Shown here one piece after another: positions 1 through 10,241 of a stretch of DNA of 64,000 nucleotides; position 1 is the first letter of the stretch; every line of letters starts with the position of its first letter. The stretch covers positions 3,552,001 through 3,616,000 of the forward strand of contig OZ250150.1 in NCBI GenBank assembly GCA_965237675.1. Direction: 5' to 3'. Under the pieces are notes generated by a model that was given only the letters and a program-made list of their open reading frames with translations, was not told where the DNA came from and made no database searches. A program made the position numbers and the translations under genes. Source of the DNA: Candidatus Latescibacterota bacterium (GTDB lineage Bacteria; Latescibacterota; UBA2968; GCA-2709665).

Positions 1-1
1 C

Positions 2-532
2 GGGTATCATTTGGTTGAAGCGGATGCGCGCACCGATCCCGGGATCGACGTGGCTTCTGCGCGTCCCGAGGCCGTGGGCGTCGACCGGCTTCTGGCCGCA
101 GGAGCGGCCTTCCGGCTGACCCGCGGCGCCGTCATTGTGGTGGATGCGGGAACTGCCCTGACAGTGGACCTGGTTTCAGCCGCGGGATGTTTTATGGGCG
201 GAACCATCGCGCCGGGCCTGGCGGCCATGGCGAGTGTGCTCGCGTCGGGGACCAGTCTGCTGCCCGAGGTGACGCTCGAAGCACCGGAATCGGTGCTGGG
301 GCGGGACACGCCGGAGTGTATCCGGGCAGGTGTGGTGTTCGGGGCGGCTGGAGCGGTGGATCGTGTGGTCGAAGAGCTGAACGAATCCGGGGGCGCCGCG
401 ACGCGCGTGTTCCTGACCGGTGGAGATGCGTCGTTCATTTCACCCTATCTGAAATCGTCCCACCGTTCAGTACCGGACCTGGTGCTTCACGGTCTGGCCT
501 ATGCGTTCAGGAAGCGTCACGATCCATCGTAG
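2..532 (+). CDS. coaX: Type III pantothenate kinase (5'-truncated by window edge)
   Basis: Motifs GVDR, VVDAGTALTVDLV, GGTIAPG, LTGGDA and PDLVLHGL; frame open to the window start. Confidence 0.9.
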   Translation, partial: GYHLVEADARTDPGIDVASARPEAVGVDRLLAAGAAFRLTRGAVIVVDAGTALTVDLVSAAGCFMGGTIAPGLAAMASVLASGTSLLPEVTLEAPESVLGRDTPECIRAGVVFGAAGAVDRVVEELNESGGAATRVFLTGGDASFISPYLKSSHRSVPDLVLHGLAYAFRKRHDPS

Positions 533-629
533 GATGCCGGTCTGAGAATAAAATCCCGCGGGCGGCAACGCATGCAGCGGGATTTTCGCGTACGTTTGCG
601 ATGGAATCGTTCGTTCTTCCTGTGTTCCT

Positions 630-1469
630 TCAGGAAACCGCGCTTCCGCCTGGTTCCGCGGCGGCCGATTCGACCAGGGATTTCAGGATTCTCAGGTTAC
701 GTTCTGCGGTTGAAACCGCGTCTTCCATTGGAGGCGTCTCAAAAACCAGCGGGCCCCGGTATTCCACTTCGGCCAATGCCTTCAGACAGCCCGCCAGGTC
801 GATGTCACCGTCGCCCACATAACAGGGCGTCCGGTCTTCCCGCGGGTCCTTGATGTGGACCTGTCGGATTCGGTCTCCCAGGCAGTGGATGTCCGCGACC
901 GAGTTGCTGCCGAGCATCTGCGCGTTGCCGACGTCGAAGTAAGCCCCTACGTACGGATTGTCAACCGCTTCAATCAATTCCCTCAAGTGTTCGCCGGTGA
1001 CGACGTGGCTGCGTCCCACGTTCTCCAGACCAATGTGAATGCCCTTGCTGGCCGCCTGCGTGGCAACAGCCCGTGTTTCGTAGGTCCACCGACGGGCGGC
1101 TTCGTCTGGGGGTAACGCCAGTGGATTGGTGACCGGAATGAGTATGGTGTCGATGCCCAGGATCTTACACGCATGGATGGCCTGGAAGACGATCTGTTTG
1201 GCCATAAAGCGGTTCGCAACGTCCGGGTCGGCGAAAGAATAATGCCAGAACGTGTGGAGGCAAACGGAGAAGATGGGGACGCCGGCCGATTCCGCGCGCT
1301 GTCCCAGGGCTTCAATGTCCTCCTCGTTCCACAGGTCGGAGGCGCGATAGGTGTTCCCCCGAATGCCCAGTTCGACGCCGTCGTAGCCGAGTGCCTTCGC
1401 TTTCGGGAACACATCCACCCAGTCTGATTGTAAAACGTCTTCCAGAATACCGAATTTGAACCGGCTCAT
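630..1469 (-). CDS. Sugar phosphate isomerase/epimerase (xylose-isomerase-like TIM barrel)
   Basis: GYDGVEL, IGLENV, YFDVGNA, QVHIKD and LVFET metal motifs; start placed at MSRFKFG. Confidence 0.85.
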   Translation of the reverse strand: MSRFKFGILEDVLQSDWVDVFPKAKALGYDGVELGIRGNTYRASDLWNEEDIEALGQRAESAGVPIFSVCLHTFWHYSFADPDVANRFMAKQIVFQAIHACKILGIDTILIPVTNPLALPPDEAARRWTYETRAVATQAASKGIHIGLENVGRSHVVTGEHLRELIEAVDNPYVGAYFDVGNAQMLGSNSVADIHCLGDRIRQVHIKDPREDRTPCYVGDGDIDLAGCLKALAEVEYRGPLVFETPPMEDAVSTAERNLRILKSLVESAAAEPGGSAVS

Positions 1470-1858
1470 TGCCTTCCTTCCGGTTGCGGATCGATTCAAT
1501 TCGTCAAGACACCCAATTTACGGCACACCGCGTGAGATTGGAGATGGATCGCGGGGGGCACCAGATCCCGAAAAACTGCAATCAGCGTGTCGGGCGGAAG
1601 GGGCGAAGAACGGGTTCCCCTGCCACGATACACCTGCCATCCGCTAAAGTACAAAAGGTCCGGAGCGCTGTCAATAAGATCCTGAATTCACACGAACGGG
1701 TTCTGGCGGAATTTTCTACCGGAGCTCGATGTTCCCGGCCGGCGCGGCAGGCGTGTCTGTACGTCACGCGGACGCCGTATTCGACTTCCTGGCTGCATTG
1801 CGTCGAACCTGGGCGACGCCCTGATCAGTTAAGTGGCATCCGAATACAGCCATTCGGT

Positions 1859-1887
1859 TTGACATCCGGATGGGGTCAACGTATTAT
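1859..1887 (+). promoter_or_regulatory. Sigma70-like promoter with overlapping TTGAC-N11-GTCAA inverted repeat
   Basis: TTGACA(1859-1864)-17 bp-TATTAT(1882-1887) upstream of an AGGAG RBS and ATG 1914; GTCAA at 1875-1879. Confidence 0.65.
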
Positions 1888-1913
1888 AGGTCGATTTCCA
1901 AGGAGACGCGACG

Positions 1914-2696
1914 ATGAAGACAGCGCTTTGTACGATTGCATTTAAAGATCGGTCGATGGTAGAGGTCCTGGATCTTGCGGTCCGGGCCGGTTTGGACGGT
2001 GTCGAGCCGTGGGGCAAACCCGATCACATGCCTGCCTCGTACGACGCGGAATATAACCGGCGAATGGCCGATGCGATTCGGGAACGCGGGTTGGAGATAT
2101 CTCAGTATGGATCGTACATCAATCCGGCCTCGGACGATTTTGATCAGGATATGGCGGAAGGGTTGGACCTCGCGTCGGATCTCGGCGCGAACAAAATCCG
2201 GGTGTGGGCCGGATCCTGCGGTTCGGCGGAGGCGACCGATGAGGACTGGCGCGTTGCTGTCTCGCGGTTTCGCAGATTCGCGGAGCGTGCCGGTGGCGAG
2301 GGCACGAGTCTTGTCCTTGAGATGCACCAGGGTTATCTGTCCGACACGGCATGGGGAAGCCTGCGTTTATTGGAGGGCGTGGATCGGCCCAATTTTCTTC
2401 TGAACTTCCAACCGATGTATTCCGACAGCGCAGACCGGGTCATGGCGGTGGCGCGGCAGGTAGCGCCTCTTGTGGCAACGGTGCACGCGCAGAACTATAC
2501 CGCCATGGGGCAGAACGCACGCAGCCTGATTTCGGACGGTTACGTGGACTATACCGCGGTCGTCGGTGAACTCGCGGCGGCCGGTTTTGACGGATTTCTG
2601 GAGGTCGAGTTTGTCCGGGATGGCGACCGAGAGGCCGCGCTGATGGCGGATGCCGCGTTTCTTCGCACGTTGTGTGCGAGAACGGATTCAAAATAA
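1914..2696 (+). CDS. Sugar phosphate isomerase/epimerase (AP_endonuc_2 TIM barrel)
   Basis: GLDGVEPWG, KIRVWAG, LVLEMH, TVHAQN and LEVEFV motifs. Confidence 0.85.
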   Translation: MKTALCTIAFKDRSMVEVLDLAVRAGLDGVEPWGKPDHMPASYDAEYNRRMADAIRERGLEISQYGSYINPASDDFDQDMAEGLDLASDLGANKIRVWAGSCGSAEATDEDWRVAVSRFRRFAERAGGEGTSLVLEMHQGYLSDTAWGSLRLLEGVDRPNFLLNFQPMYSDSADRVMAVARQVAPLVATVHAQNYTAMGQNARSLISDGYVDYTAVVGELAAAGFDGFLEVEFVRDGDREAALMADAAFLRTLCARTDSK

Positions 2697-2720
2697 ACTT
2701 CTGAAACAGGAGGTCGGGCA

Positions 2721-3476
2721 ATGGACTGTCTGCTGGCGTGTATTGTGTTTCTTGCAGTTCTCCTGGCGGTGGATTCAGCTCGGGCCGAAGGCCGGCCGAG
2801 CTATACGATTTATCGCACCGGAACGCCGATTACGGTTGACGGACGGTTGGACGAACCGGCGTGGGTCGCTGCGCCGGACGTTGGGGCGTTCGTTTTCCCG
2901 TGGTACAGTGAAGGCAAACAAGAGCAGACGGTGGCGAAGATGCTCTGGGACGATACCCACCTCTACGTGGCGTATATCTGCGAAGACGCGCATATCTGGG
3001 CGGATCATACCGAGCGCAACAGCGCCGTATACGATGACGACTGCGTGGAGGTGTTTACCGCGCCGAATCCGGACCTGCCGCACGTTTATTTCAATATTGA
3101 GATGAATGTACTGAGCATTTTTCTGGACCGGTTCAATCCGAAGGGGGCGGGTGAGGTGGTGGACACGGGGTGGCGGGCAACAGGTCTTCAGGTTTCAACG
3201 TTTATCGCTGGCACGCTGAATAACGACGAGGATACCGATTCGTACTGGGTCCTCGAGGCCGCCATACCGTTCGAGAATTTCGACGGCGTCGCGAAACACA
3301 CACCACCGTTGCCAGGTGACGTTTGGCATTTGAACCTGAACCGGCTGGGGGGAAAAACCAACGTCCAGTTCAGCCAGTGGACCGCCAGCCGGACGGACGA
3401 GCCGCAGTTTCATGCGCCGGACGATTTCGGGCGCGTTACGTTTTCAGACGTAGCGAGCCCATTCTGGAAACGATAG
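2721..3476 (+). CDS. Secreted CBM9-like carbohydrate-binding protein
   Basis: Signal peptide; ITVDGRLDEPAW, AKMLWDDTHLY, DDCVEVF, LEAAIPF and FHAPDDFG; GGAGG RBS. Confidence 0.8.
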   Translation: MDCLLACIVFLAVLLAVDSARAEGRPSYTIYRTGTPITVDGRLDEPAWVAAPDVGAFVFPWYSEGKQEQTVAKMLWDDTHLYVAYICEDAHIWADHTERNSAVYDDDCVEVFTAPNPDLPHVYFNIEMNVLSIFLDRFNPKGAGEVVDTGWRATGLQVSTFIAGTLNNDEDTDSYWVLEAAIPFENFDGVAKHTPPLPGDVWHLNLNRLGGKTNVQFSQWTASRTDEPQFHAPDDFGRVTFSDVASPFWKR

Positions 3477-3541
3477 TGAAGACGAACTGCAAGTCAGGCG
3501 GCCGGTGTGGCAGCCGACACCACGCGATCAAGGAATACGTG

Positions 3542-4294
3542 ATGAGGCGATTGCTTCCATTGGCGCTGGCCGGACTGTTTTTTGGGTCCCCATGTGGCGT
3601 CTTTGGCGAAGAGATCCGTGACATACTGGTGCTTGTGGACCGGGTTGACCGGTTGTACCGGAGCCGGACCAGTTACGCCGAGTTGGAAATGGAAATTCAG
3701 ACCCCTCACTGGCGCCGCACCCTCCGAATGAAGATGTGGACCGAAGAGATGCACAAGACCTTCGTCACAATCCTGTCGCCCAAGAAAGAAGCGGGGACCG
3801 CGACATTGCGCGTGGGAAACGAGATGTGGAACTATTTTCCCAGGATCGACAAAGTGATTAAAATCCCGCCGTCGATGATGATGGGGTCCTGGATGGGTTC
3901 CGATTTTACCAATGACGATCTGGTGAAGGAGAGTTCGCTGGTGGCGGACTACATTCCGAGTTTCGGGACGCCCGAGAACGACGCGGTGTACGAAGTCGTG
4001 CTGATTCCGAGGGATGAGACGCCCACGGTTTGGGGAAAGATTGTCGTCACGATACGGAAGTCGGATTTGATTCCCGTCTCGTGCGTTTATTTCGACGAGC
4101 ATGGCGGCGCAATGCGGGAGATGACGTTTACGGACCTGAGGGCGTTCGAAGGGCGGACGCTGCCCGCCGTGCTGGAGATGACGCCGTTGAAAAAGGCAGG
4201 ATATCGAACGGTAATCCGGTACGTGGACGCGCAGTTCGATCGTCAACTGCCAAAGCGGACGTTTACGCATCGGAATCTGCGAATGCGCCGGTGA
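3542..4294 (+). CDS. Outer-membrane lipoprotein-sorting (LolA-like) protein
   Basis: Signal peptide; MWNYFPRIDK and SWMGSDFTNDDL motifs; precedes ABC permeases. Confidence 0.8.
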   Translation: MRRLLPLALAGLFFGSPCGVFGEEIRDILVLVDRVDRLYRSRTSYAELEMEIQTPHWRRTLRMKMWTEEMHKTFVTILSPKKEAGTATLRVGNEMWNYFPRIDKVIKIPPSMMMGSWMGSDFTNDDLVKESSLVADYIPSFGTPENDAVYEVVLIPRDETPTVWGKIVVTIRKSDLIPVSCVYFDEHGGAMREMTFTDLRAFEGRTLPAVLEMTPLKKAGYRTVIRYVDAQFDRQLPKRTFTHRNLRMRR

Positions 4295-4442
4295 AAAGCA
4301 TCCCATATGGCGTCCGGATCGGGGAATGATCCTGGGTGACGCCTGGAGAATGCTGCGGTGACCGGAAGTCCGGAGCGGATCAATCGGGTGAAGAAAACGC
4401 TCGGTTTGTCTTCTGTGAAGAACGCGAGGCGGATACTTGACT

Positions 4443-5657
4443 ATGGTGATCAGGATTGCGTATCGGAATCTCTTTCGTCAGCGGCGCCGGTCACTATTGA
4501 CCGTGTTGGCAATGGCTGTGGGCTTTGCGCTGTGTTCACTGTCCATTGGCATTTCGGACGGTACCTACATGGGCTTGATCGAGGCGTTCACCCGGGACCG
4601 GACCGGGCACGTTCAGGTTCATAAGAAGGGGTACCTGGACAAACCGACGCTCTACAATACCATCGTCGATCCGGATCGGGTCGGACAGATCATCGGGTTT
4701 TTGCCCTCCGTGGAGGCCTGGGCCCCGCGGGTATATTCTGCGGTGTTGGCCGCGGCCGGCAACAAGACCACGGGCGCGCGGATCGTGGGGGTGTTACCCG
4801 AACGGGAAGCGCAGACAACCAGGCTCAAATCGAAGGTGCGTGCAGGGCGGTTCCTGTCCAAACGCCAGGGTCCGGAGGTGATGCTGGGCTATGGTCTGGC
4901 GGAGGTCTTGAACGCAACCACGGGCGATGAGGTGGCGTTGATCGGGCAGGCGGCGGACGGGTCGATCGCCAACGACGTTTATCGTGTTGTGGGCGTCGTC
5001 GGCGACGGGAAGGATCCGTACGATCGTGTGGCATGTTATATGCACCTCGAGACCGCCCAGGCATTCCTGGCGCTGGACCGCCGTGTACATGAAATTGCTG
5101 TTGTGGTTGAGGATTTATCCCTGTCGGTGCGCATTGCCGGCAAGATGCGGGGTCTGCTCGACAATGGTCTGCTGGACGTGTCGCCCTGGCAGGTGGTGGA
5201 GAGGACATTCTACCGGGCAATGCAGGCCGACGTTCAGAGTATGTGGATTTCGCTGGGAATCATCATGTTGATTGTGGCCATCGGCGTATTGAATACGGTG
5301 CTGATGGCCATCATGGAGCGTACACGGGAGTTTGGCGTGCTGCGTGCACTCGGAACGCGTCCGTCGAACGTGTTTTTTCTGATCCTGGTAGAAACCGTCT
5401 GTCTGTCGATTCTGAGCATTCTGCTGGGTGGAGCATTGAGCCTGCTCGGTAATTTCATGCTATCAATATATGGGATAACGTACCCGACGCCCGTGGAATA
5501 CGGTGGATATGCCTTCGACCGTCTGATCAGCGTGGTCACGTTTCGGTCGATCTGGATTCCGGCGGTGTTGACCCTCGGCACCGCCGTCATCGTGAGTTTT
5601 TTCCCCGCGACGCGGGCGGCGCGGGTCGCGCCGGCGCGAGCGATGCGGACACACTAA
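4443..5657 (+). CDS. ABC transporter permease, FtsX/LolC-E/MacB family
   Basis: IAYRNLFRQRRRSLLT start, periplasmic domain, MERTREFGVLRALG motif. Confidence 0.88.
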   Translation: MVIRIAYRNLFRQRRRSLLTVLAMAVGFALCSLSIGISDGTYMGLIEAFTRDRTGHVQVHKKGYLDKPTLYNTIVDPDRVGQIIGFLPSVEAWAPRVYSAVLAAAGNKTTGARIVGVLPEREAQTTRLKSKVRAGRFLSKRQGPEVMLGYGLAEVLNATTGDEVALIGQAADGSIANDVYRVVGVVGDGKDPYDRVACYMHLETAQAFLALDRRVHEIAVVVEDLSLSVRIAGKMRGLLDNGLLDVSPWQVVERTFYRAMQADVQSMWISLGIIMLIVAIGVLNTVLMAIMERTREFGVLRALGTRPSNVFFLILVETVCLSILSILLGGALSLLGNFMLSIYGITYPTPVEYGGYAFDRLISVVTFRSIWIPAVLTLGTAVIVSFFPATRAARVAPARAMRTH

Positions 5658-5761
5658 GCGGTGATGGCAACGCTTCAGTGCCAGGGGCCAGGTATTGTCG
5701 CGTGGCGATGACAGGCCGCGATCAACGCGAAAGTACGTGCCGGTTTCCAAGGGCAGATGCG

Positions 5762-6988
5762 ATGTTGTTTTTGATGAAAATCGCGTGGCGAAATACGTTT
5801 CGAAATACGCGGCGGACGATCCTGGCCAGCCTCGCCATTGGTATCGGACTGGCGGCGTTGATCTTTACCGACGGATTGATGATCGGTATGTCCGATAGCA
5901 TAATACGGACGGCGACGGATACGTTTATGGGGCATGGGCAGATCCATGCCGACGGCTTCAGAAGCACGCACGAAGTCGAGCGGGTTGTGAGGGGGTTGCC
6001 GCAGATTGTGGAACGACTGACGGCCGATCCTGACGTGAAACGCATATCGCTGCGCGTTCAGACGCACGGAATACTGGCTTCGCCGGCGAATTCCGGCACG
6101 GTATTGCTTTACGGGATCGATCCACGACTTGAACGGGCGTTTTCCAAGGTTGACAAGGCCATCGTTGAAGGCTCGTTCCTCGGTCGGAATGACAGGCGGA
6201 AAATTCTCGTGGGGTCGAAGCTGGCCGAATCGCTGGAGGTCGGCGTCGGCGACCGCGTGGTGATTACGGCCGCGGAGGCGGAGACAGGAGATCTGGCCCA
6301 GGAGATGTTCCGGGTGGGCGGAATCTTCCACTTTGGTATCGGAGAGATGGACGTCGGAGTGGGTTTCGCACACATAGAGACCATCCAACGCATGCTGGGC
6401 CTTCCAGGCAAAGTGCACGAGATTGCCGTTAAATTCAGATCGTTCTCTCGAAACCACGACGTGGATGCTGATTTCCGGACGAAATATTCACAGGAAGGCA
6501 ACGAGGTCCGGAACTGGAAGGCCCTGATGCCTCAGCTTGGCGTGGTCGTTGAAATGGCTGAGTTCTCGTCGTTGATAATGGGTTTCATTCTATTTGCGGT
6601 CGTGTCGCTGGGTATCGTCAACACGCTGTTTATGTCGCTCCACGAACGAATGTTCGAGTTTGGTGTCCTGCGCGCGGTGGGCACCCGTCCCGGCCGTATG
6701 GCGATGCTGATTTTGTGGGAGGCGGGCGTGCTTTCCATGCTCAGCATTCTGATCGGGAGCGGAATTGGATTTGTTGTGATTTTCCTCTTTTCCATCTATG
6801 GAATCGATTACGTGGGCATCGAGCTCGCGGGCGTGACGCTGCGGGAATTGATATATCCGGCCCTGCGGTTGGAACAATTCGTTATTTTTCCGGTGTGCGT
6901 ATTTCTCTTTACGCTGGTTGCCGGGGTCTATCCGGCGATTTACGCGGCCCGGCTTAATCCGGCTCAGGCAATGAAGACGTACGAGTGA
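5762..6988 (+). CDS. ABC transporter permease, FtsX/LolC-E/MacB family
   Basis: IAWRNTFRNTRRTIL start, ERMFEFGVLRAVG motif. Confidence 0.88.
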   Translation: MLFLMKIAWRNTFRNTRRTILASLAIGIGLAALIFTDGLMIGMSDSIIRTATDTFMGHGQIHADGFRSTHEVERVVRGLPQIVERLTADPDVKRISLRVQTHGILASPANSGTVLLYGIDPRLERAFSKVDKAIVEGSFLGRNDRRKILVGSKLAESLEVGVGDRVVITAAEAETGDLAQEMFRVGGIFHFGIGEMDVGVGFAHIETIQRMLGLPGKVHEIAVKFRSFSRNHDVDADFRTKYSQEGNEVRNWKALMPQLGVVVEMAEFSSLIMGFILFAVVSLGIVNTLFMSLHERMFEFGVLRAVGTRPGRMAMLILWEAGVLSMLSILIGSGIGFVVIFLFSIYGIDYVGIELAGVTLRELIYPALRLEQFVIFPVCVFLFTLVAGVYPAIYAARLNPAQAMKTYE

Positions 6989-7017
6989 AAACGAACCGCA
7001 CGGAACTGGAGGGCGGG

Positions 7018-7713
7018 ATGCCAGGAGACTCCATAGTGATTGAGGCAGAAGGCGTGAGTAAGATTTATCGCGCCGGGGACGTGCGGGTGCCGGCGTTGAG
7101 GTCCGTGGATCTGAGCGTCGAACGGGGTGAGTTTACCGCCATCGCGGGACCGTCCGGATCGGGGAAGTCTACGTTGCTCAACATCCTGAGTGGACTGGAT
7201 TCGCCTACGTCCGGCCGGGTGTTGCTGGGTGGACGGCCGATCAGCGAGATGGGAGGCCGGGCACTGTCGGATTTTCGGCGGGACCATATCGGGTTTATAT
7301 TCCAGGCGTATAATTTGATCCCGGTACTGACGGTGCTCGAGAACATCGAATATGTCATGCTGCTGCAGGGGGTGCCGCAGCAAGCGCGCCGCGAACGGGT
7401 GCGAGAGATATTGGCCCTCGTGGGTCTGGAGGGGATGGAGGGCCGGCGTCCACCCCAGCTTTCCGGCGGGCAACAGCAACGTGTGGCGATTGCCCGGGCA
7501 ATGGTCTCGGAGCCGGACCTGATTCTCGCGGATGAACCCACGGCGAATCTGGACTCGAACACCGGATCGGCGCTGCTGGATCTGATGAGAGAATTGAACA
7601 CGCGCCGGCGCATGACATTTCTGTTTTCTTCGCACGATCAGATGATTGTGGATCGGGCGAAACGGCTGGTGGTGCTCAAGGATGGACAGATTGCGCAGGA
7701 TGTTACTCGTTGA
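7018..7713 (+). CDS. ABC ATP-binding protein, LolD/MacB type
   Basis: Walker [38 protein letters not shown]. Confidence 0.92.
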   Translation: MPGDSIVIEAEGVSKIYRAGDVRVPALRSVDLSVERGEFTAIAGPSGSGKSTLLNILSGLDSPTSGRVLLGGRPISEMGGRALSDFRRDHIGFIFQAYNLIPVLTVLENIEYVMLLQGVPQQARRERVREILALVGLEGMEGRRPPQLSGGQQQRVAIARAMVSEPDLILADEPTANLDSNTGSALLDLMRELNTRRRMTFLFSSHDQMIVDRAKRLVVLKDGQIAQDVTR

Positions 7714-8965
7714 GGTTAGCAGCCGGTCTTATCCGCAAGAGCATGGGTCGCTCCTTTGTTGTCTGGTTCTTTTGGCTCTGATGATCCCGACACCGGGGTG
7801 GACGGACGAAGGCCGCCTTAGCCTGACCGGTTACGTGAAGGGTTTCGCGATGGTCCGGGAGCCGGTGTCCGATACGGAAATCCGGGACCCGGAGACCCAA
7901 CGGATATTGTTGAACCGCGTTCGCTTGAAGTTGTTCTGGCGTCCGGGTTTCGGGGTGACGGGAGAGTTCGCGTACGAATTGTCCGGAAGAGCCCCTGGGG
8001 CGCCGTCCTCTGATGCCTCCCGGTTGCCGGCGCCCGCGCCATTCGATTACCGGGTGAAGGATCTCAGGACGAGACTGTATCCCGCCCCGGGCGCCGAGCG
8101 CCGCGGGTTTACCATCACCCAGAATTTGGACCGGGCGGTGGTGACGATTTCACTGCCACGTGCGGATGTCTACCTGGGCCGGCAGGTCGTCGCTTTCGGT
8201 TCGGCACGGGTGGTGAATCCGACCGATGTCGTGGCGCCTTATTCCCCGCAAGCGCTGGACAAAGAAGAACGCGTTGGAGTGGATGCGATCAGGTTGCGCG
8301 TGCCGGTTGGGATGATGGGCGAACTGGACGCGGGTGTCATTCCAGGATGGGATCTTTCGAAGAAGAGTGGCGCCGGCTTTGTACGCGGCCGTTTTTTTTC
8401 GCACGGAACCGATGTTTATGTGATGGCGATGGGGTTCCAGGATCGTCTGCTACTGGGTGTAGACCTGGCCCGGTCGCTGGGGGATGCGGGCGCGTGGCTG
8501 GAGGCCGCGTGGACCCGCACTCCGGCGGGCCGGTCGTTTCTGCGGGTTTCGACCGGTCTCGACTATCGATTTTCCAATGGTGCCTATGGAACCCTCGAGT
8601 ATCACCTGAACGGCGCGGGTGTTTCCAGTACACGAGACTATTGGAGGTTGTTCGCCGATCGGACCTATGCAGCGGGGGGAGTCTACCTGTTGGGCAGGCA
8701 CTATGTCGCGCCGGCTATGGCATGGCAGCTCACACCGCTCTGGTCGGTTCGCATGCCCGTGCTGTGGAACCTGTCGGACCGGTCGGCATATCTGTCGCCC
8801 GCATTTGAGTACGGATTCCTGCAGGATGCGTTTGTTTCCGGCGGCGTGCTTTATGGGTATGGACGGGGCCCCGCACCGGTACGCACCGGGGTCTCAGAGA
8901 AAGTTGAATCGGAGTTCGGACTTTATCCGACAGTGTGTTTCGCGTCTTTGCATTATTATTTCTGA
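7700..8965 (+). CDS. Putative outer-membrane beta-barrel protein
   Basis: Hydrophobic N-terminal segment, GRQVVAFG/NPTD motif, alternating beta strands, C-terminal aromatic YYF; start uncertain. Confidence 0.6.
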   Translation: MLLVEVSSRSYPQEHGSLLCCLVLLALMIPTPGWTDEGRLSLTGYVKGFAMVREPVSDTEIRDPETQRILLNRVRLKLFWRPGFGVTGEFAYELSGRAPGAPSSDASRLPAPAPFDYRVKDLRTRLYPAPGAERRGFTITQNLDRAVVTISLPRADVYLGRQVVAFGSARVVNPTDVVAPYSPQALDKEERVGVDAIRLRVPVGMMGELDAGVIPGWDLSKKSGAGFVRGRFFSHGTDVYVMAMGFQDRLLLGVDLARSLGDAGAWLEAAWTRTPAGRSFLRVSTGLDYRFSNGAYGTLEYHLNGAGVSSTRDYWRLFADRTYAAGGVYLLGRHYVAPAMAWQLTPLWSVRMPVLWNLSDRSAYLSPAFEYGFLQDAFVSGGVLYGYGRGPAPVRTGVSEKVESEFGLYPTVCFASLHYYF

Positions 8966-9106
8966 CGGTGGCAGGGCCTGCGTACACCGTCGATCGGACG
9001 TCCGCACTTCGGCGTCGTCCGGGCATGGTTCGGCGCTTCGATCGCCGGTTTTGTCTTTAACTCACCGACGGAAAACGGAGTCTGGCATATCAACGGAGAG
9101 ATTTTC

Positions 9107-10150
9107 ATGAATGACGGAAGCAACGCGGCACGCGTACATAGAGACGCTCTGGTGATCGATTCGCACAACGATGCGATCGTCAATCATATTCGCCGGGGAA
9201 ATCTGGGATTTTCCGGCGCCCCCCCACCTGACGGAGACCGCCGGAACGCGAGTGTGGCCGGATTGAGAGGGCTGCTGGACCGGCAGGCCATCGAAGCCCC
9301 GGTACAGATCGATTTTCCCAAGATGCGAAAGGGAGGCCTGGACGCCGCTTTTTTCGCCGTCGATGTCACCCTTGCCGTGAAGAACCATCTGACCTATGCG
9401 CTGGACGCCATGGGGTTTTTCGACTCTGAACTGGAAGCACACGGTGGCGAAGTAGTGCTGGCGAAATCCGCCGGCGACATCTTGCGCGCAAAACGGGACG
9501 GCAAACTGGCGGTCGTGCTGGCGATCGAGAACAGCGACGGGGTGGAGGGCAGCGTGAATGTACTTCGCATGCTTCACAGGATGGGCATACGTTCGATCGG
9601 ACTGACGCACGATGTCAGCAGTCTGGCCGCACACGGAAATGCCGAGGCACGTACCCGCGGCGGACTGACCCGTTTCGGCGTGCGGCTTGTAGAGGAGATG
9701 AACGGCCTGGGGATGCTGGTGGATGTGTCGCACATCAGCGAAGCCGGATTCTGGGATGTGATGGACGTTTCTCAAAAGCCGGTGATCGCTTCGCACAGCA
9801 ACTGCAAGGCGGTATGCGACCACCCAAGAAACTTGAGCAACGAACAGATCAGAGCGCTTGCGAAAAACGGAGGGTCGATGGGTGTGACCTTTGTGCCCCG
9901 TTTCGTCGATACGACAGCACCCACATTCATGCGCCTTATTGACCATGTGGACCACGCCGTGCAGCTTGTGGGCGTGGATCACGTGGGCATCGGATCGGAT
10001 TTCGACGGCGGGGGCACGCTGTTGGACGACGCGACTACGTTTCCTCGAATTACCGGGGGATTGTTGGCGCGGGGTTATTCGGAGGGTGAGGTGGGCAAGA
10101 TTCTCGGCGAGAACCACCTCAGGGTGCTGAGGGAAGCAATAGGATGCTGA
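9107..10150 (+). CDS. Membrane dipeptidase (peptidase M19)
   Basis: IDSHND, AIEN, VDVSH, ASHSN, HPRNL and GIGSDFDG motifs. Confidence 0.9.
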   Translation: MNDGSNAARVHRDALVIDSHNDAIVNHIRRGNLGFSGAPPPDGDRRNASVAGLRGLLDRQAIEAPVQIDFPKMRKGGLDAAFFAVDVTLAVKNHLTYALDAMGFFDSELEAHGGEVVLAKSAGDILRAKRDGKLAVVLAIENSDGVEGSVNVLRMLHRMGIRSIGLTHDVSSLAAHGNAEARTRGGLTRFGVRLVEEMNGLGMLVDVSHISEAGFWDVMDVSQKPVIASHSNCKAVCDHPRNLSNEQIRALAKNGGSMGVTFVPRFVDTTAPTFMRLIDHVDHAVQLVGVDHVGIGSDFDGGGTLLDDATTFPRITGGLLARGYSEGEVGKILGENHLRVLREAIGC

Positions 10151-10241
10151 AGCCGGCCTCCGATCGGGATGGTATGATCCTCGGGCCGGCTGCGTTCGGG
10201 TGGCGCAGCGCGGAGACACCCTGACGGGGGCCGATGTGCCT

